Of a DNA stretch of 17,285 nucleotides, positions 8,318-15,640 are shown one piece after another. Under the pieces are notes generated by a model. It was not told the origin of the DNA. It worked only from the letters and a program-made list of their open reading frames with translations, and made no database searches. A program made the position numbers and the translations under genes. The DNA comes from a virus (taxonomy: Duplodnaviria; Heunggongvirae; Uroviricota; Caudoviricetes). Position 1 is the first letter of the stretch. Each line of letters starts with the position of its first letter. The stretch lies in the IMG/VR virus record IMGVR_UViG_2698536369_000020. The stretch is one strand, 5' to 3'.

Positions 8318-8638
8318 TCAGTGCAGTACCGGCGCTTTTATGTGACGGGCACAGAGTTCATCCATCACAACCAGCCCGAGAAAGGACAGCGACGGCGCGG
8401 CCTTCAGGGGGCCGGATTCCATTAAATCTTCCAGCAGGGCACAGGCTATCTGACGCCCTTTTTCCTCACCGTGCTGGCGCAGATAAAAGCCCTCCAGCTC
8501 AGCGGCGATGGCCGCCTCCAGTGATTCAAGGGTGAGATGCGGGTAGCGGTGCTGACGTTCGCACACGGTCAGCCAGGCACAGGCGACAGCGCGACGGTAA
8601 AGGGCAGCGCGTAAGACGGGCGGTAAGGGTGTTTTCAT
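8318..8638 (-). CDS. P4 orf106-like small protein, 106 aa
   Basis: ORF directly upstream of alpha in the same operon orientation; size and position match the small ORF between orf151 and alpha in P4-like elements. Function unknown. Confidence 0.45.
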
Positions 8639-8773
8639 TTGTTTTCCTCCCTGTGACAGATGACTGCATTCCGTGCCGGTTGTATTAACTGATAAGGCAT
8701 ATCTGCGTCTCCTGAAGACGTGCGTATCCCTGCGCGAATACGCACATTTAATTTTTCGGGTGTCGTTTTTTAA

Positions 8774-9229
8774 TTACAGATAATTGCGGTAACTGTTATC
8801 CGGGGTGATTTCCGGGTCAGGCTCCGTGCGGGGAATTTCCCGCCATTCCCGCGCCACCGGTGCCGCCCGGCTGGCCGGAACAGTGTCCTGCGGGTAAATA
8901 TCCAGATATTTCTCCCGCCATTTCTGTAATTCCGGGTCTCCGGCCATTTCTTTCAGTACCGCATGCCGGTTTACGGGGCTGCGTTTAAACAGGTCAGGAC
9001 GGTCACAGGTAAATTCCCGCAGAAAACGCCCCAGCGGGATGTCTGTGGTGCGCCCGTCTGCGAGGATACGCACAAGGATACTGAATTTACGGCGGTACGG
9101 GTTCCAGACAATGTCCGGGCAGCGGTACGGCATTTCCCACGGAATACCGTCTTCCAGAATGCCGACCACGGCCACATCGGGAAAACCGGCAGAACGGTAA
9201 ATCTCACCGGGCTGGGGAAAATCAAACAT
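8774..9229 (-). CDS. P4 orf151-like protein, 151 aa
   Basis: Size and position in the leftward operon match P4 orf151; start overlaps the upstream eps-like stop by a few nt. Confidence 0.45.
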   Translation of the reverse strand: MFDFPQPGEIYRSAGFPDVAVVGILEDGIPWEMPYRCPDIVWNPYRRKFSILVRILADGRTTDIPLGRFLREFTCDRPDLFKRSPVNRHAVLKEMAGDPELQKWREKYLDIYPQDTVPASRAAPVAREWREIPRTEPDPEITPDNSYRNYL

Positions 9230-9509
9230 GCGTCTTGTCTCCCCGGTCTTTCTGCTGGGCGAGAAAATCGCGGCACAGGCCTTTGGCTTTCAGCTCATTC
9301 AGCACAAAATCAATATCTTCATTCAGGTAGCTGAAAATATGCGGAATGTAGAGCTGATGCAGGCCGGAGAGTTCACGGTGAATCAAATCACCCCCAACAA
9401 ACTGGGATACGGCGCTGGCGCGGTTGAGCTTATGGTAAGCCTCAATGCTGAGGTGTTCACGGGCGTCATGACGCGCTGAGACGGTCTGAGGGGCTTTTTT
9501 ATTACGCAC
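9222..9509 (-). CDS. eps-like small protein (~95 aa from a GTG start)
   Basis: GTG at 9509-9507 preceded by GGAGG at ~6 nt; begins [20 protein letters not shown]...; the GTG overlaps the stop of the upstream kil-like ORF. The ORF track's 177-aa version runs through the upstream gene and has no ribosome-binding site. Confidence 0.4.
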   Translation of the reverse strand: MRNKKAPQTVSARHDAREHLSIEAYHKLNRASAVSQFVGGDLIHRELSGLHQLYIPHIFSYLNEDIDFVLNELKAKGLCRDFLAQQKDRGDKTHV

Positions 9510-9699
9510 GGGACACCTCCACCACCGGCAGACGGGCAGCAAGGGAGAGCACATAGTCACGGACAAGGGAACGGCGGGCGCTGCGTTCATCACCGGCGAC
9601 GGTGCGAAGCATGCAGATACGGGGATGACGGTCTGCGCGACGGACAGCCGCAAACACAAAGACAAATTCAGGGTGTGAGGGGGTAAGGGTTGTAGCCAT
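9502..9699 (-). CDS. kil-like small protein, 65 aa (first gene after the immunity region)
   Basis: ATG at 9699-9697 with AAGGAGG ~8 nt upstream; [16 protein letters not shown]...; position right after the CI/seq elements matches P4 kil. Assignment is by synteny only. Confidence 0.4.
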   Translation of the reverse strand: MATTLTPSHPEFVFVFAAVRRADRHPRICMLRTVAGDERSARRSLVRDYVLSLAARLPVVEVSRA

Positions 9700-9710
9700 G
9701 ATGGCAGCCT

Positions 9711-9752
9711 CCTTGAAGTAACAGTTACAGCTACCACTGGAGTTCCTACGCT
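9711..9752 (-). promoter_or_regulatory. seqC-like target element of the P4-type RNA immunity system
   Basis: CCTTGAAGTAAC ... GTTCCTACGC; same two boxes recur at 9933-9958; the candidate CI region between them contains the complementary GTAGGAA; this copy abuts the kil ribosome-binding site. Confidence 0.4.
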
Positions 9753-9754
9753 CA

Positions 9755-9845
9755 TGGGTGGTAGCCCGGACGGGGGTAGGAATACCGGCCTTCAAGGAAA
9801 CCGGCCAGCCCGAAGGCTGCCCCGCCCGGACCACCATTATCTGAC
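9755..9845 (-). ncRNA. CI-RNA-like structured immunity RNA (boundaries approximate)
   Basis: GC-rich segment with terminal complementarity (GGTGGTAGCCCGG ... CCGGACCACC) and an internal GGTAGGAATACC box complementary to the flanking seq elements; lies between the two seq copies, as P4 cI lies between seqA and seqC. Confidence 0.35.
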
Positions 9846-9932
9846 AGAGGCTACGGTTTAAAAACCACAGCCAGAAAAACAGGTGTGCCGAAGCAACGAC
9901 GTAAAAAAAGACGCATGGCGCGTCATATGTCG

Positions 9933-9958
9933 CCTTGAAGTAACTCGGGTTCCTACGC
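9933..9958 (-). promoter_or_regulatory. seqA-like target element (upstream copy)
   Basis: CCTTGAAGTAAC tcgg GTTCCTACGC, direct repeat of the element at 9711-9752. Confidence 0.4.
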
Positions 9959-10052
9959 CCGGCTGCCGATTTTGCGGCAGCGGAAAAACTATATCCGCAA
10001 ATGCCGGAAAAAGGCAAGCCAGAAAAAGGGAGTTTTTGCAGAACAGGCATCA

Positions 10053-10319
10053 TCATGCGTCGTACCCCCGTTTGCGTCCGGCAATGCGTCCGGCCATCCA
10101 TGCGGTGACTTCAGAGTGCAGCCAGGCCACATTTTTACCGCCAAGACTCACCTGCGGCGGAAATTCCCCCTTACGGATGAGTTCATAGATGGTCGAGCGT
10201 GACAGGCCGCACAGGTGCATCACTTCCGGCAGACGTAAAAAACGCTCCTGCGTGATGTCCGGCAGCGGCATCAGTGGCGTAACAGGGGCGGGAGACGGGG
10301 AAGAAAAAACAGCTTGCAT
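10053..10319 (-). CDS. Vis / AlpA-family phage regulatory DNA-binding protein, 88 aa
   Basis: HTH region [51 protein letters not shown] is characteristic of AlpA/Vis; 88 aa, transcribed divergently from sid, as P4 vis (orf88) is. Confidence 0.7.
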   Translation of the reverse strand: MQAVFSSPSPAPVTPLMPLPDITQERFLRLPEVMHLCGLSRSTIYELIRKGEFPPQVSLGGKNVAWLHSEVTAWMAGRIAGRKRGYDA

Positions 10320-10596
10320 CGGGCTACCTCGTTAATGTCCATACAGCACCGGATAAGTCCGTCCGGCTTCGGGTAGCGCTTTATTTTGTGAATATTTTCA
10401 GCAGACGCAACAGGGGGAATTTGTTCCGGCAACCTTACAATGGCTGTGTGTTTTTTATCCATCTGGACTGGAAGGGTCTCAAAGGGTTCTGAAGGAACTG
10501 TAATTTTTTATAGTGAAATGCAAATTGTTTTTCCTTATTTATTTCAGTGAATTAATAAAAATAAACAGTAATAAACAGCATAAAAAGCCCATCAAC

Positions 10597-10704
10597 GGGT
10601 GAACAGTGGTGAACAGACGGTGAACAGTCATTACTGCGATTGTTCACCCTTTAACTTACTGTATTACTTATCTTTTTTCTTATGGTGAACAGAGGTGAAC
10701 AGTA
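10597..10704. repeat. ori-like cluster of six TGTTCACC-type iterons
   Basis: GGTGAACAG t GGTGAACAG ac GGTGAACAG (three direct copies at ~11-bp spacing), one inverted copy (TGTTCACCC at ~10641), then GGTGAACAG a GGTGAACAG; between vis and sid. Confidence 0.6.
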
Positions 10705-10870
10705 AAATATAAAAAAACAAACAGTAAGCCGGTTTTTCCTGCGACCTTTTCCTGGCTTGCCGGTCTGAGGATGAGTCTCCTGTGTCAGGGCTGGCACATC
10801 TGCAATGCGTCGTGTTGTTGTCCGGTGTACGTCACAATTTTCTCAACCTGAAGTGACGAGGAGCCGGAAA

Positions 10871-11605
10871 ATGTCTGACAACACCATCCCTGAATATCTG
10901 CAACCCGCGCTGGCACAACTGGAAAAGGCCAGAGCCGCCCATCTTGAGAACGCCCGCCTGATGGATGAGACCGTCACGGCCATTGAACGGGCAGAGCAGG
11001 AAAAAAATGCGCTGACGCAGGCCGACGGAAACGATGCTGACGACTGGCGCACGGCCTTTCGTGCAGCCGGTGGTGTCCTGAGCGACGAGCTGAAACAGCG
11101 CCACATTGAGCGCGTGGCACGCCGGGAGCTGGTACAGGAATATGACAATCTGGCCGTGGTGCTGAATTTTGAACGCGAACGCCTGAAAGGGGCGTGTGAC
11201 AGCACGGCCACCGCCTACCGGAAGGCACATCATCACCTTCTGAGTCTGTATGCAGAGCATGAGCTGGAACACGCCCTGAATGAAACGTGTGAGGCGCTTG
11301 TCCGGGCAATGCATCTGAGCATTCTGGTACAGGAAAATCCGCTCGCCAACACCACCGGGCATCAGGGCTACGTCGCACCCGATAAAGCTGTCATGCAGCA
11401 GGTGAAATCATCGCTGGAACAGAAAATAAAACAGATGCAAATCAGCCTCACCGGCGAGCCGGTTCTCCGGCTGACCGGACTGTCAGCGGCAACACTCCCG
11501 CACATGGATTATGAGGTGGCAGGCACACCGGCACAGCGCAAGGTGTGGCAGGACAAAATAGACCAGCAGGGAGCAGTGCTTAAGGCCAGAGGACTGCTGT
11601 CATGA
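10871..11605 (+). CDS. sid: Sid-like external capsid-size scaffold protein, 244 aa
   Basis: ATG at 10871 preceded by GAGGAG; 244 aa from this start equals the recalled length of P4 Sid; first gene of a sid-delta-psu-sized triplet; coiled-coil-like composition. The ORF track's 266-aa version starts 22 codons upstream without a ribosome-binding site. Confidence 0.6.
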   Translation: MSDNTIPEYLQPALAQLEKARAAHLENARLMDETVTAIERAEQEKNALTQADGNDADDWRTAFRAAGGVLSDELKQRHIERVARRELVQEYDNLAVVLNFERERLKGACDSTATAYRKAHHHLLSLYAEHELEHALNETCEALVRAMHLSILVQENPLANTTGHQGYVAPDKAVMQQVKSSLEQKIKQMQISLTGEPVLRLTGLSAATLPHMDYEVAGTPAQRKVWQDKIDQQGAVLKARGLLS

Positions 11606-12102
11606 TTTACTGCCCGTCGTGTGGACATGTTGCTCACACCCGTCGCGCACATTTCATGGACGATGGCACCAAGATAATGATTGCACAGTGCCGGAATATT
11701 TATTGCTCTGCGACATTTGAAGCGAGTGAAAGCTTTTTCTCTGACTGTAAAGATTCAGGAATGGAATACATTTCAGGCAAACAGAGATACCGCGATTCAC
11801 TGACTTCTGCCTCCGGCAGTATGAAACGCCCGAAAAGAATGCTTGTTACCGGATATTGTTGTCGGAGATGTAAAGGCCTTGCACTGTCAAGAACATCGCG
11901 GCGTCTGTCTCAGGAAGTCACCGAGCGTTTTTATGTGTGCACGGATCCGGGCTGTGGTCTGGTGTTTAAAACGCTTCAGACCATCAACCGCTTCATTGTC
12001 CGCCCGGTCACGCCGGACGAACTGGCAGAAAGCCTGCATGAAAAACAGGAACTGCCGCCAGTACGGTTAAAAACACAATCATATTCGCTGCGTCTGGAAT
12101 GA
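11602..12102 (+). CDS. Delta-like late transcription activator (tandem Ogr-type zinc fingers), 166 aa
   Basis: N-terminal half CPSCGHVAHTRR...CRNIYCSATFEASES mirrors the P2 Ogr zinc-finger signature (CP.C.H.AH.R...C.N..CSATF) and a second, degenerate copy follows (C..C...RTSR...C....C..VF); start overlaps the sid stop (ATGA). Confidence 0.75.
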   Translation: MIYCPSCGHVAHTRRAHFMDDGTKIMIAQCRNIYCSATFEASESFFSDCKDSGMEYISGKQRYRDSLTSASGSMKRPKRMLVTGYCCRRCKGLALSRTSRRLSQEVTERFYVCTDPGCGLVFKTLQTINRFIVRPVTPDELAESLHEKQELPPVRLKTQSYSLRLE

Positions 12103-12175
12103 GGGCTGCCGGTTAACCCCGGCCGTCGCCGCACACCGTATTTTTATTCTTCAGCATGATGAGAAAGAGATAACG

Positions 12176-12748
12176 ATGGAAAGCACAGCCTTACAGCAGG
12201 CCTTTGACACCTGTCAGAATAACAAAGCAGCATGGCTGCAACGCAAAAATGAGCTGGCTGCGGCCGAACAGGAATATCTGCGGCTTCTGTCCGGGGAAGG
12301 CAGAAACGTCAGTCGCCTGGACGAATTACGCAATATTATCGAAGTCAGAAAATGGCAGGTGAATCAGGCCGCCGGTCGTTATATTCGTTCGCATGAAGCC
12401 GTTCAGCACATCAGCATCCGCGACCGGCTGAATGATTTTATGCAGCAGCACGGCACAGCACTGGCGGCGGCACTGGCACCGGAGCTGATGGGATACAGTG
12501 AGCTGACGGCCATTGCCCGAAACTGTGCCATACAGCGTGCCACAGATGCCCTGCGTGAAGCCCTTCTGTCCTGGCTTGCGAAGGGGGAAAAAATTAATTA
12601 TTCCGCACAGGATAGCGACATTTTAACGACCATCGGATTCAGGCCTGACGCGGCTTCGGTGGATGACAGCCGTGAAAAATTCACCCCTGCGCAGAACATG
12701 ATTTTTTCGCGTAAAAGTGCGCAACTGGCATCACATCAGTCTGTGTAA
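12176..12748 (+). CDS. psu: Psu-like polarity-suppression / capsid-decoration protein, 190 aa
   Basis: 190-aa ORF immediately after delta, followed by a terminator and cos site; size and position match P4 Psu. Confidence 0.6.
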   Translation: MESTALQQAFDTCQNNKAAWLQRKNELAAAEQEYLRLLSGEGRNVSRLDELRNIIEVRKWQVNQAAGRYIRSHEAVQHISIRDRLNDFMQQHGTALAAALAPELMGYSELTAIARNCAIQRATDALREALLSWLAKGEKINYSAQDSDILTTIGFRPDAASVDDSREKFTPAQNMIFSRKSAQLASHQSV

Positions 12749-12784
12749 AACTCCCCGAAAATCCGTCCGATTTTACTGAAAAAA

Positions 12785-12822
12785 GCCATGCATCGATAAG
12801 GTGCATGGCTTTGCATGCGTTT
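12785..12822 (+). terminator. Putative intrinsic terminator of the sid-delta-psu operon
   Basis: Hairpin GCCATGCA tcgataagg TGCATGGC followed by TTTGCATGCGTTTT, ~37 nt after the psu stop. Confidence 0.4.
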
Positions 12823-12912
12823 TCCTGCCTCATTTTCTGCAGACCGCGCCATTCCCGGCGCGGCCTGAGCGTGTCAGTGCAACTGCATTAAAACCGCCCT
12901 GCAAAGCGGGCG

Positions 12913-12931
12913 GGCGAGGCGGGGAAAGCAC
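12913..12931. other. cos site (P2/P4-type 19-nt cohesive end sequence)
   Basis: GGCGAGGCGGGGAAAGCAC matches the cohesive-end sequence I recall for P2/P4; located between psu and the hotspot, as in P4. Confidence 0.55.
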
Positions 12932-13010
12932 TGCGCGCCAGTATCTATTAATTTACATTCATAGAATCCTTGCAAAGCAGATTCTGCTAAGATCCCTGAA
13001 ACTTGAGTTG

Positions 13011-13028
13011 AGGATTAGTGTTAATCCT
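13011..13028. promoter_or_regulatory. Palindrome upstream of the methyltransferase gene, candidate operator
   Basis: AGGATTA gtgt TAATCCT (7-bp arms), ~35 bp upstream of the methyltransferase start; a weaker GCAGA t TCTGC palindrome lies at 12977-12987. Confidence 0.3.
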
Positions 13029-13064
13029 TTACAATATCCTAGTATTTGGCTGCTAAGTATGTAG

Positions 13065-14318
13065 GTGATTATTTTGTCTAGTAAAAAGTTTATTTCGCTA
13101 TTTAGTGGCGCAATGGGGTTAGACTTAGGTCTCGAAGAGGCTGGCTTTGAGCTCGTAGCTTGCGTTGAACAAGATAAGGCAGCTCTAAAAACAATTAAAA
13201 CTAATAAGCCAAATCTTGCTGTATTCGAAGGTAGTATTGTTGACTGCACTGGCTCTGAATTATTAGCACTAGCCGGAGTGAATGATAAAGAAGAAATAGA
13301 TTTAGTTGCTGGCGGTCCACCGTGCCAAGCATTTAGTGTTTTTGGAAATAGGTTAGGGCTAGAAGATGCCAGAGGGCAGCTTATTTTCGAATATGTTCGA
13401 ATGATTAAAGAATTAAACCCAAAAGTTTTCGTAATGGAAAACGTACGCGGTTTATTATCAATGTCTATAGTTCCAGCTTCTAAAAAGAAGGAGCTATCAG
13501 GCACAATCGCAGCATCTGCTTTCGAAAAAGGCTCTCTAATAAAAAGGGTAGCTAACGAATTCAATAAACTAGGTTATCATGTGGATTGCTTTGTAGTTAA
13601 TGCTGCCAACTATGGAGCCCCACAAATTAGGGAGCGTGTTATTTTAATTGGTAATCGCTTCGGAATGATAGCCAATTTCGCCTCCCCTTTATTCAGCAAT
13701 AGAGTAGAAGATAATCTTCCGCCATTCAAAACGCTGGGGGATGTAATTGGCCCAGAGAGCGGTTTTGTTGATAAATATCCAGAAGTCATGAATTTTTCGC
13801 CAAGAAAACTGAAATATCTTTCAATGGTTCCACCTGGCGGAAACTGGAGAAGCATGCCAGAAGAAATGCAAAAAGAATCTATGGGAAAAAGCTGGTATCT
13901 TAAAGGAGGAAGAAGTGCTTACTGGAGGAAACTATCTTTCCAGTTTCCTTCACCCACAGTAGTAACAATGCCAAATCATGCGGGAACAAGTATGTGCCAC
14001 CCAACTGAACTTAGAGCTATTTCTGTTGGTGAAGCTGCCGCGATACAAGAGTTTCCTGATTACTGGAAATTTGAAGGTACAACTACAGAAAAATTCAGAC
14101 AGATAGGTAACGCAGTTCCTGTCCGGTTAGGTAAAGTTGCAGGGGAAGCTGCTATGGAACTTCTTCATCGTATACAAGAAAATAAGGTTGCTGATTTAGT
14201 AACTCCAGATTATATAGAAACCCATATTAGACCGCATATTAGAACCAGATCTTTCTTTAAAAATGGTCAAGCATATAGTGGAGATGTTTCTTACTACGAC
14301 CTTGAAGAAGAAGTTTAG
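13065..14318 (+). CDS. DNA (cytosine-5)-methyltransferase, type II modification enzyme
   Basis: Canonical C5-MTase motifs in order: motif I LFSGAMGLDLG, motif IV GGPPCQAFS, motif VI ENVRGL, motif X QIGNAVPV, with a variable target-recognition region between. Low-GC. Exact start (GTG 13065 or a nearby codon) is uncertain. Confidence 0.85.
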   Translation: MIILSSKKFISLFSGAMGLDLGLEEAGFELVACVEQDKAALKTIKTNKPNLAVFEGSIVDCTGSELLALAGVNDKEEIDLVAGGPPCQAFSVFGNRLGLEDARGQLIFEYVRMIKELNPKVFVMENVRGLLSMSIVPASKKKELSGTIAASAFEKGSLIKRVANEFNKLGYHVDCFVVNAANYGAPQIRERVILIGNRFGMIANFASPLFSNRVEDNLPPFKTLGDVIGPESGFVDKYPEVMNFSPRKLKYLSMVPPGGNWRSMPEEMQKESMGKSWYLKGGRSAYWRKLSFQFPSPTVVTMPNHAGTSMCHPTELRAISVGEAAAIQEFPDYWKFEGTTTEKFRQIGNAVPVRLGKVAGEAAMELLHRIQENKVADLVTPDYIETHIRPHIRTRSFFKNGQAYSGDVSYYDLEEEV

Positions 14319-14328
14319 AATTAGTCAT

Positions 14329-14357
14329 AAAAAAAACTGGCCCTTAGGCCAGTTTTT
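14329..14357. terminator. Bidirectional intrinsic terminator between the convergent methyltransferase and endonuclease genes
   Basis: AAAAAAACTGGCC ctta GGCCAGTTTTTT: GC stem flanked by an A-run on one side and a T-run on the other, so it can terminate both converging transcripts. Confidence 0.6.
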
Positions 14358-15175
14358 TATTCATTAATCATTTCAAGTAATTTGTGCCATTGAGCTGTGC
14401 CATCAGCATTTAGAACTTGCTCATTGTACTTCTTTGCAACATGTTCTTTGAATTTTTCAATAAGATCTTTATTTTTTTCTTTTATATCTGCTTCTTTTAC
14501 AGCACGTTCTATACCTTCAAGTACCCAATGCTGGGTTTCAGCCTCACCATTGTTAAGCCATGACCAAAATTCTTTACCAGCATATACATGCACTTTGTCA
14601 CGAATATCAATCACATTGTGGTTTGCACCAGTATTGATACCTCGTAAGATTCTATACTTATCAGTTAATCCATGGCTATTTCCATAAAAAACCCCAACCA
14701 CTATATTGTCAGCCACTCCAGGATAATTATTTATGATTTCGTGAAATGCTTTATTTAGTTGGACAGCCATCGTCAATTGAATAGTCCATTTCCCTGCCTT
14801 AAGAGATAAAAGCTCAATTCTACCATCATCCCTTTGTATTACATGATCTATTTCATCAAAGCAAGGGTGTATAAAAGGCTCGTTGGCAGCTCTATAACTT
14901 TTATCTAATTTATATGCACCAAACACTCTAGGAAGTATTTTTTCATCAATCAATTTTCCAAAGCCAGTATCATGCCCAGTCATTAAATGCTTAGCAATTA
15001 TTGCTTCAACTAGTTCATCAAAATCATTAAGGGAATGATAATCAAAAATAAAAGGGGTCATAAACGGATTTATGGACATTGTTTCTGACATTAACTTTGT
15101 TAGTTTACTTTGTCTCTCCAAAATCCACCACGCAGCACACTCCTGCACTTTAAGTATAACTTCTTGCTTATTCAT
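14357..15175 (-). CDS. Putative type II restriction endonuclease, 272 aa
   Basis: Assigned by context: convergent with a C5-MTase, and its start overlaps the stop of an upstream controller-protein gene (classic C-R-M layout). I do not recognise the family from sequence alone. Confidence 0.6.
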   Translation of the reverse strand: MNKQEVILKVQECAAWWILERQSKLTKLMSETMSINPFMTPFIFDYHSLNDFDELVEAIIAKHLMTGHDTGFGKLIDEKILPRVFGAYKLDKSYRAANEPFIHPCFDEIDHVIQRDDGRIELLSLKAGKWTIQLTMAVQLNKAFHEIINNYPGVADNIVVGVFYGNSHGLTDKYRILRGINTGANHNVIDIRDKVHVYAGKEFWSWLNNGEAETQHWVLEGIERAVKEADIKEKNKDLIEKFKEHVAKKYNEQVLNADGTAQWHKLLEMINE

Positions 15176-15473
15176 GACTTATAAATCCATCTGATAAATT
15201 TTTTAATAAAATTAACCGCTGTTTTTTGTCTAGTTTATTAATCAACAAAATAATTTCTGCCAAGTCATCTTCGGGTGTGTAAAAATATGAGACAGGGACA
15301 TTTAATAAATCAGCGATTTTTTTAGTAAGTGAAAAATCGGGCATATGTTTACCTTTCTCATATTGATTCATGCGAGCACTGGCAGAGCATTCATCAATGC
15401 CAACAAGTATTCCCAACTGTTCTTGAGTTAACCCAGCATTCAATCGGGCTTTTTTTAACCTAATTGGAAGCAT
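15168..15473 (-). CDS. Controller (C) protein, XRE-family helix-turn-helix regulator, ~101 aa
   Basis: HTH motif LTQEQLGILVGIDECSASARMNQYEKGKHMPDFSLTKKIADLLNVPVSYFY; start placed at the internal ATG (15473-15471), which has an AGAGGA Shine-Dalgarno ~8 nt upstream; the ORF track's upstream start at 15551 would put the operator palindrome inside the coding region. Confidence 0.65.
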   Translation of the reverse strand: MLPIRLKKARLNAGLTQEQLGILVGIDECSASARMNQYEKGKHMPDFSLTKKIADLLNVPVSYFYTPEDDLAEIILLINKLDKKQRLILLKNLSDGFISHE

Positions 15474-15522
15474 CGAAAATCCTCTTTTTGGAGGTAGGTT
15501 TGCACTTTTTACACTCGAAATT

Positions 15523-15539
15523 ACTAAGGAATACTTAGT
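15523..15539. promoter_or_regulatory. Candidate C-box operator palindrome
   Basis: ACTAAG gaata CTTAGT, ~50 bp upstream of the preferred C-protein start. Confidence 0.35.
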
Positions 15540-15640
15540 TTTTAAAAGCAATGGAATAATTGCCTAAGAAGTTGTTAAGTGAAGGTTAAAAAGACACAAG
15601 CATTGCTGTTGATGAAGGCTAGTTCAAACTAAGCGGAGAC

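Noticed and set aside
6060-8345. Multiple plus-strand ORFs (e.g. 6060-6320, 6508-6834, 7011-7772, 7808-8278, 7854-8345) inside the alpha gene region
   Set aside because: They are antisense to a long, motif-rich primase-helicase ORF in GC-rich DNA where long spurious open frames are expected; their translations are low-complexity (Arg/Pro/Gly-rich) with no recognisable motifs.
9883-10202. Plus-strand ORFs 9883-10188 and 9972-10202, and the long minus-strand frames 9502-10101 (199 aa) and 9222-9755 (177 aa)
   Set aside because: The long frames run across the immunity-RNA region and gene boundaries; only their 3' portions with good Shine-Dalgarno sequences (kil-like, eps-like) are plausible. 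The plus-strand ORFs overlap vis and the leader region antisense.
5621-10704. Possibility that the repeated GGTGAACA/TGTTCACC units are a CRISPR array
   Set aside because: The units are 8-9 bp, in both orientations, with irregular short spacers and embedded in two ~120-bp duplicated blocks; this is iteron architecture, not 25-40-bp repeats with unique spacers, and no cas genes are present.
10832-11378. Three overlapping minus-strand ORFs (10832-11362, 10843-11211, 10974-11378) within sid
   Set aside because: Antisense to the sid-like gene, which sits in P4-type synteny with delta and psu; translations are low-complexity.
12959-13564. 201-aa minus-strand ORF overlapping the methyltransferase gene, and 87-aa plus-strand ORF 12801-13064
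   Set aside because: The first is antisense to a methyltransferase ORF with all canonical motifs; the second spans the cos site and methyltransferase promoter region; neither has a ribosome-binding site or recognisable features.
14357-15175. Naming the restriction endonuclease and its recognition site (e.g. EcoO109I, RGGNCCY)
   Set aside because: The resemblance is contextual (P4 hotspot at leuX, C-R-M layout, 272-aa size) and rests on memory; without an alignment to REBASE entries I cannot assert identity or specificity, so it is kept only as a hypothesis in the findings.
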